A DNA stretch of 48,458 nucleotides. It comes from an uncultured Gammaproteobacteria bacterium (GTDB lineage Bacteria; Patescibacteriota; Microgenomatia; CAYXHB01). Each line of letters begins with the position of its first letter. Position 1 is the first letter of the stretch. Positions 43,972 through 48,458 of this stretch are shown here, in pieces. Both the position numbers and the translations under genes were made by a program. Under the pieces are notes generated by a model. It saw nothing but the letters and a program-made list of their open reading frames with translations. It had not been told where the DNA came from and made no database searches. The stretch spans positions 1 through 48,458 of the forward strand of contig CAYUGO010000001.1 of NCBI GenBank assembly GCA_964444295.1, written 5' to 3'.

Positions 43972-44777
43972 TGTTTTATTTTTCTGGTGAGTGCGTGGAA
44001 AACAATTCTGAAGTACCCAGGATGTTTAATTAATCGAAAAAATAGAAAAAAAAGATGGATGGTCCATTGGGAAATCGAGAGAAATTTCCAAGTAAAGAGT
44101 AAGTGATTGCGCTCTTGAATTTTTGTTTTGTAGTTTTTATCAATGTATACACCTATTGTTTTTTCATGCTCATGCTGGACACAAGCATCCGGATCCCACA
44201 AATTTATCCAGCCTCGATGAGTTGCTCTGGTGCAGATATCAATATCTTCCCAATAAAAAGGGTCATATATAGAATCTAAACCTTGTAATTGATCCCAATA
44301 TTTTTTGCGAAAGGCACCCGATCCCCCTGATACCCACATTGTTTTGGTAACCGTTGTGGGTCGAGGAAGAATTGGTCGGTGTGTAATATATCCTTGAGAA
44401 AATGTTTGTTCTGTTGGTCCAAATTGAGATTCAGACAAGGAAACCGCAAAGACTTCTGGATTTTTAAAGTCATCATCTAGATAATTAAGGATGTCCAAGG
44501 CCGGAACTGCATCAAGATTTAATAAAATCACAATGTCAGTTGTAGCCAAAGCAACCCCTCTATTTACAGTTGTACCAAAACCAAAGTTTTTTTCGTTACG
44601 CATTACATTTACAGTTGGAAAATGTTTCTGTATATACCGATAGTCATTTTGGGGCGAATGATCATCGATGATTATGAATTCATTGACGGGCAATTTGAAA
44701 ATTTGAGGGAAATTGATCTTAAGGTGATTAATGCCATTCCAACTGGGAATTACAACTGAATATGTAAACTTGGCCAT
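43968..44777 (-). CDS. GT2 glycosyltransferase
   Basis: Motifs YSVVIPSWNG, IIIDDHSPQND, GFGTTVNRG, LNLDAV, FYWEDIDICTRA. Confidence 0.8.
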   Translation of the reverse strand: MAKFTYSVVIPSWNGINHLKINFPQIFKLPVNEFIIIDDHSPQNDYRYIQKHFPTVNVMRNEKNFGFGTTVNRGVALATTDIVILLNLDAVPALDILNYLDDDFKNPEVFAVSLSESQFGPTEQTFSQGYITHRPILPRPTTVTKTMWVSGGSGAFRKKYWDQLQGLDSIYDPFYWEDIDICTRATHRGWINLWDPDACVQHEHEKTIGVYIDKNYKTKIQERNHLLFTWKFLSISQWTIHLFFLFFRLIKHPGYFRIVFHALTRKIKH

Positions 44778-44778
44778 A

Positions 44779-45843
44779 TTAAAGAGTAGGAATAATTGTT
44801 TTAAAAGAATTGATAAATATTTGTTTTGAGAAATCCCGAGATCTTAAAATAGCGGATTTTGAGAGTATTTTTTGTTTGGATGTATCAGTTATTATTTTTT
44901 GGGTTTGCGTGACTAACTCATTTATGGAAGAAACTAAATAACCCGATTCAGAGGTAATTATTTCTTTAAATCCACCTTTATTAATAACCAAGGGAATACA
45001 GCCTGCAGACATGGCTTCCACTAATGACATTCCGAAATGCTCACATTTTTCGGGACTTATCTTTTCATTAATGCCAATACCCGCTAATGACCAATAAAAA
45101 CGAGAGTGTTGATAGAGTTGTTTTATTTGAGCAAACGTCGGATTTAAATGGATATTAATTGGGAACCCTTGAATATCGGTTTTGATTTCATTTATTAAAG
45201 TATCTGAACCAACCTCCGTACTGCCTGCAAGAATAAGGCGGTAGTTTTTCGCGTTTGAGTTGTATAGCTTTTTAAATGCTTCAATTAATTGAATATGCCC
45301 TTTATTTTGGAGCAAGGTGGAAAATCTGCCAACATAGATTATTTGATTTTCCTTTGAGTGATTTATGGATTCAAAATCATTAATTGGAGGGTAGATAACT
45401 TTTGATTGAATACCAAATTCATGATCAATATGTTTTTTTGTAAATTGCGAGTTGGTAATGTAGTGGTGTATATATTTTTCTTTAAGTTTATTTACGATAC
45501 TATTCCCGGAAATATTGTGAAACGGAACTTGAAAATGAATAATATTATTTTTGCCACCTATTAACCACGGCAAACTGCCATCAGAAACGGAAAAAACAAC
45601 ATCGTATTTTTTTAGTTTTGTGTACCTTGATAATGGCGACTGGGTAAAAATATATGGTTCAAGTCCAAAGTCTTTAAGACTCAGTGAGAATTTATTATAT
45701 GCTTGAGCGCGAAGATCATTTTGTTCATGCCAAACTAAGTCAACTTGGTAGCCTGATTTTTGCATTGCTTCAATTAAAGTCAAAACATATAGCTCGCCTC
45801 CCCCCAATGAGTCAAAATATGGACTATGAAATAGGGCGCGCAT
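44779..45843 (-). CDS. GT4 (group 1, GT-B) glycosyltransferase
   Basis: N-terminus FDSLGGGELYVL and C-terminus EHFGMSLVEAMSAGCIPLV (E-x7-E). Confidence 0.8.
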   Translation of the reverse strand: MRALFHSPYFDSLGGGELYVLTLIEAMQKSGYQVDLVWHEQNDLRAQAYNKFSLSLKDFGLEPYIFTQSPLSRYTKLKKYDVVFSVSDGSLPWLIGGKNNIIHFQVPFHNISGNSIVNKLKEKYIHHYITNSQFTKKHIDHEFGIQSKVIYPPINDFESINHSKENQIIYVGRFSTLLQNKGHIQLIEAFKKLYNSNAKNYRLILAGSTEVGSDTLINEIKTDIQGFPINIHLNPTFAQIKQLYQHSRFYWSLAGIGINEKISPEKCEHFGMSLVEAMSAGCIPLVINKGGFKEIITSESGYLVSSINELVTQTQKIITDTSKQKILSKSAILRSRDFSKQIFINSFKTIIPTL

Positions 45844-45864
45844 AAGGTTATGTTATCAGAAACT

Positions 45865-46632
45865 CTATTTATGGTTCTGTTGTAGTTCCCAAAGTTTGGT
45901 ATAAGAAATTGACTTACTAAATGCTTGATAAATTCCATCTATAATGCCTTCCGTTTTATCCATAAATCCGCGTTTGATAATAATCCGCGACCAGATTTGT
46001 GATAGAAAAGGGCGAATGAACCGATAGCTTTTCATCGGGGGATGATTTGATTCAAATAAAAGCTGACCTTCGGTGTTAGACCAAGTTTGAGTTTTGGTGA
46101 CCATGTCTTCCAAGTGAGTATGCTTATAATGTTTGAGAAAATTGTGAAGATGACTTGTTTGTCCTAAAATTTGGGGCTGCTCATGAACTTCTCCTTGATA
46201 ACTTATCAGATTAGGTCGATATATAAGTCTCATGACGTAATCTGGCCACCAGCCTGAGTGTTTCATAGGTCGATTAAGAATATAGTTAAGTCGAGGAATC
46301 GCAAATGCAACGAAATCGTTTTGAGAAGTTTTTTTGTTAATTTCTTGAGCTAGGTCTGGTGTGACCACTTCGTCTGCATCGACAAATAATATCCAGTCAT
46401 TACTTGCTTCTTTGGATGAATTAAATCTCCAATGGCTAAAATTGCTTCCAGATTGCAGTACTATTTTGGATTTATATTTAGAAGCGATCTTTTGAAGTTT
46501 ACCTGTAATTGCACTGGTGGAAAGAATTCTTTCTTGACACCACATGGTCGAGTTGAGAGCTTGTGGAAGTTGTTCCATGGCATCGAACCATTGGGGATTA
46601 ATAATTATGATTGCAGAGATACTAGAATTCAT
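45865..46632 (-). CDS. GT2 glycosyltransferase, WaaE/KdtX-like, with a degenerate N-terminal nucleotide-binding motif
   Basis: LFVDADEVVTPDL and HSGWWPDYVMRLIYR are shared with the 47559..48455 product. Where that paralog has VLVDMESTDDT, this protein has ERILSTSAITG. Confidence 0.65.
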   Translation of the reverse strand: MNSSISAIIIINPQWFDAMEQLPQALNSTMWCQERILSTSAITGKLQKIASKYKSKIVLQSGSNFSHWRFNSSKEASNDWILFVDADEVVTPDLAQEINKKTSQNDFVAFAIPRLNYILNRPMKHSGWWPDYVMRLIYRPNLISYQGEVHEQPQILGQTSHLHNFLKHYKHTHLEDMVTKTQTWSNTEGQLLFESNHPPMKSYRFIRPFLSQIWSRIIIKRGFMDKTEGIIDGIYQAFSKSISYTKLWELQQNHK

Positions 46633-46637
46633 ATGAA

Positions 46638-47549
46638 TTAAAAGTAATTACTTTTGTTAAAATTTCGCAAATAAAAATCTTTAACACCGAGTTTTTGGTA
46701 AGAACGACCTGATATCAACATTTTGACACTTTCACGAAATAAAGAAATTTTAGTTCTGAGTGGTGCATATTTTTGGCCAAGCAATAACCTATTACGTGTT
46801 AAATAATAGTCATGTAAATTAGATCCTGATCCACTAGATGATGAGTTTATATGCCAAAGTTTGGCTGAGGGGACATACCAGATTTGGTCATTTTTATTAA
46901 TACTTAAACATAAATCAGAGTCTTCGTAATAAAGATAATAACGATCGTCAAATAAATCATGATCCTGCCAAAGTTTTTTGTGAATAAGCATGGCGCAACC
47001 TGTAGCGACCGGAATTTGAATTGGTTGGTCGTATTGACCTTGGTCGACTTCATCGATACCCCGATGAGAAATAATCAAATTATTCCAATCAATAGTACCT
47101 CCTGCATACCAGATAACTTTGCCAAGTTGGTCATTAGTATAGCGTTGATGATGAAATTCATGATGAGGTGCAAAATAGATTTTTGGACTTAGGATTACTG
47201 ATTTAGGCTTGCACAGGGCGAACTCATATAGATTCTTTAATAAATCAGGGTGGGTCATTGTGTCGTTATTAAGAAGGAAAACCCAGTCTGCGCCTAATTC
47301 TCTTGCGTACTTTACTCCAAGATTGTTCCCCCCAGTAAAGCCACTGTTTTTGTCACTTGTAATAATCTTGAGTCGGGAGAATTTGGATGATAAATATTTA
47401 ACTGAATCATCTACAGAATGATTATCTACAATAACGACTTGGTGATTCACTCCCTCTGGAATTGTTAATTTGTTAAGGGATTTGATGCAATTGTATGTAT
47501 CAGTTTTGCCGTTGTAATTCAGTATGATAGTAACAATGGTTGTATCCAT
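46638..47549 (-). CDS. GT2 glycosyltransferase (RfbF/WbbL-like)
   Basis: Motifs IILNYNGKTDT, VIVDNHSVDDS, GFTGGNNLG, LNNDT, YYEDSDLCLS. Confidence 0.82.
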   Translation of the reverse strand: MDTTIVTIILNYNGKTDTYNCIKSLNKLTIPEGVNHQVVIVDNHSVDDSVKYLSSKFSRLKIITSDKNSGFTGGNNLGVKYARELGADWVFLLNNDTMTHPDLLKNLYEFALCKPKSVILSPKIYFAPHHEFHHQRYTNDQLGKVIWYAGGTIDWNNLIISHRGIDEVDQGQYDQPIQIPVATGCAMLIHKKLWQDHDLFDDRYYLYYEDSDLCLSINKNDQIWYVPSAKLWHINSSSSGSGSNLHDYYLTRNRLLLGQKYAPLRTKISLFRESVKMLISGRSYQKLGVKDFYLRNFNKSNYF

Positions 47550-47558
47550 GTTAGATGG

Positions 47559-48455
47559 TTAAAAAAACTTGCTTTTGAGCTTGCTAAAGAAACGTTGAGT
47601 TGAGTCAGCTTGTGTTTGAGATTGCCAATAATAGTAGTCTTTGATTTGTTTATTAATAATTGTGAAAACAGAATCCTGGGAAAGATTATCCGATTTGAAT
47701 TGGGTGGATTGCCAAAGCTTAAGATAAAGAACTAGCTCTGAAACAGATTGAAGTAAACAAACAGCTAACCCATGCAAGCCATCCTTATATCCTTGTCCGG
47801 CAAAGTACCGACTGAGAAATTCAGATGATGGTTTGGATATTAAATCAGTCCATGTAAATTGATGTCTTTGATTAATTAAATCAACAACCTGGTGATCTGT
47901 ATATCTATTCATCCTATCTAAAAATTGTGAAATGTTTTGATAATTGTGATGTTCTATACTTAATTTTGTTTTGGGTTCTATAAATAATTCTTGACCTTTT
48001 TTTTTGGGGATTGAGTGTATTTTGTTATTCCAAATTACCTGATTTTTTTTGAAGAATCTAATATTATAGTCTGGCCACCATCTAGCGTGCTTGATAAGTT
48101 GACCGAAAATAATGTTGCTTCGGGGAACCCAAACATAATCAGCTAATTGATTTTGGATGATACTATCAAATTGCGTGAGTAATTGAGAGCTAGCCCGTTC
48201 ATCAGCATCGATGATAAATATCCAGTCTCCTGATGTTTTGGAGATAGCAAAATTTCTTGCAGGTTCTACATATCCAACATTTGGATGACTAAAAATGGTT
48301 AATTTATTTTTTTGGGCAATTTTCTTTGTATCATCTGTACTCTCCATATCAACTAAGACTATTTCATCTGCCCAGTTTTTGACTGAGTCTATACAACCCT
48401 GGAGCATTTCTTGTTCGTTGCGGGTATTAATAACTACTGATTTGGTGATATTCAT
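47559..48455 (-). CDS. GT2 glycosyltransferase, WaaE/KdtX-like
   Basis: Motifs VVINTRNEQEML, VLVDMESTDDT, IIDADERAS, HARWWPDYNIRFFKK. The ATG lies 3 nt from the window edge, so a longer N-terminus cannot be excluded. Confidence 0.75.
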   Translation of the reverse strand: MNITKSVVINTRNEQEMLQGCIDSVKNWADEIVLVDMESTDDTKKIAQKNKLTIFSHPNVGYVEPARNFAISKTSGDWIFIIDADERASSQLLTQFDSIIQNQLADYVWVPRSNIIFGQLIKHARWWPDYNIRFFKKNQVIWNNKIHSIPKKKGQELFIEPKTKLSIEHHNYQNISQFLDRMNRYTDHQVVDLINQRHQFTWTDLISKPSSEFLSRYFAGQGYKDGLHGLAVCLLQSVSELVLYLKLWQSTQFKSDNLSQDSVFTIINKQIKDYYYWQSQTQADSTQRFFSKLKSKFF

Positions 48456-48458
48456 ATG

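Noticed and set aside
1-48458. I looked for CRISPR arrays, IS elements, integrases, phage genes, toxin-antitoxin pairs, reverse transcriptases, rRNA/tRNA genes and signs of an alternative genetic code.
   Set aside because: No direct-repeat/spacer pattern, transposase/integrase motif or structured-RNA gene was recognisable by eye. Long uninterrupted ORFs under the standard code argue against UGA recoding. A computational scan (tRNAscan-SE, Infernal, minced) is still needed to exclude small RNAs.

Overview
AT-rich, densely coding window of about 42 genes. I found no rRNA, tRNA, CRISPR array, transposase or integrase. Gene content and style suggest a reduced-genome bacterium, possibly of the CPR/Patescibacteria (Microgenomates-like) type; this is inference only. 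The evidence is many glycosyltransferases, DUF2723 GT-C enzymes, compact housekeeping proteins, few Shine-Dalgarno sequences and many bitopic surface proteins. Layout, left to right: (1) small membrane proteins, a HIT protein and an alpha/beta hydrolase; (2) pgk-gap and a GT5 glycogen synthase; (3) a six-gene, co-directional surface module (7934-14968) with one dockerin-bearing Ig-repeat protein, two membrane-anchored cohesin-like paralogs, a DUF916-like protein, a long coiled-coil bitopic protein and a PD40 lipoprotein; (4) two tandem DUF2723 GT-C glycosyltransferases with TPR tails; (5) the rest of an alpha-glucan set: a eukaryote-type GH13 branching enzyme, a GH13 amylase-family enzyme, a GT4 synthase-like enzyme, GH57 and an unknown two-repeat protein with a Cys knuckle; (6) an NrnA-like DHH phosphoesterase plus an OB-fold DEDDy exonuclease; (7) a GT-C enzyme plus a BcsA-like processive GT2 synthase; (8) a C39-like peptidase, a TPR protein and a 2H-phosphoesterase-like protein; (9) housekeeping genes comM/yifB, lon (with a CIRCE-like operator), a PAP2 phosphatase, lysS and greA; (10) a six-gene glycosyltransferase cluster interrupted by an opposite-strand HIT/GalT-like protein. 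The best candidate for an undescribed system is the non-cellulosomal cohesin-dockerin surface module with the adjacent paired DUF2723 enzymes. All domain calls rest on motifs read by eye and need HMM or structure confirmation.
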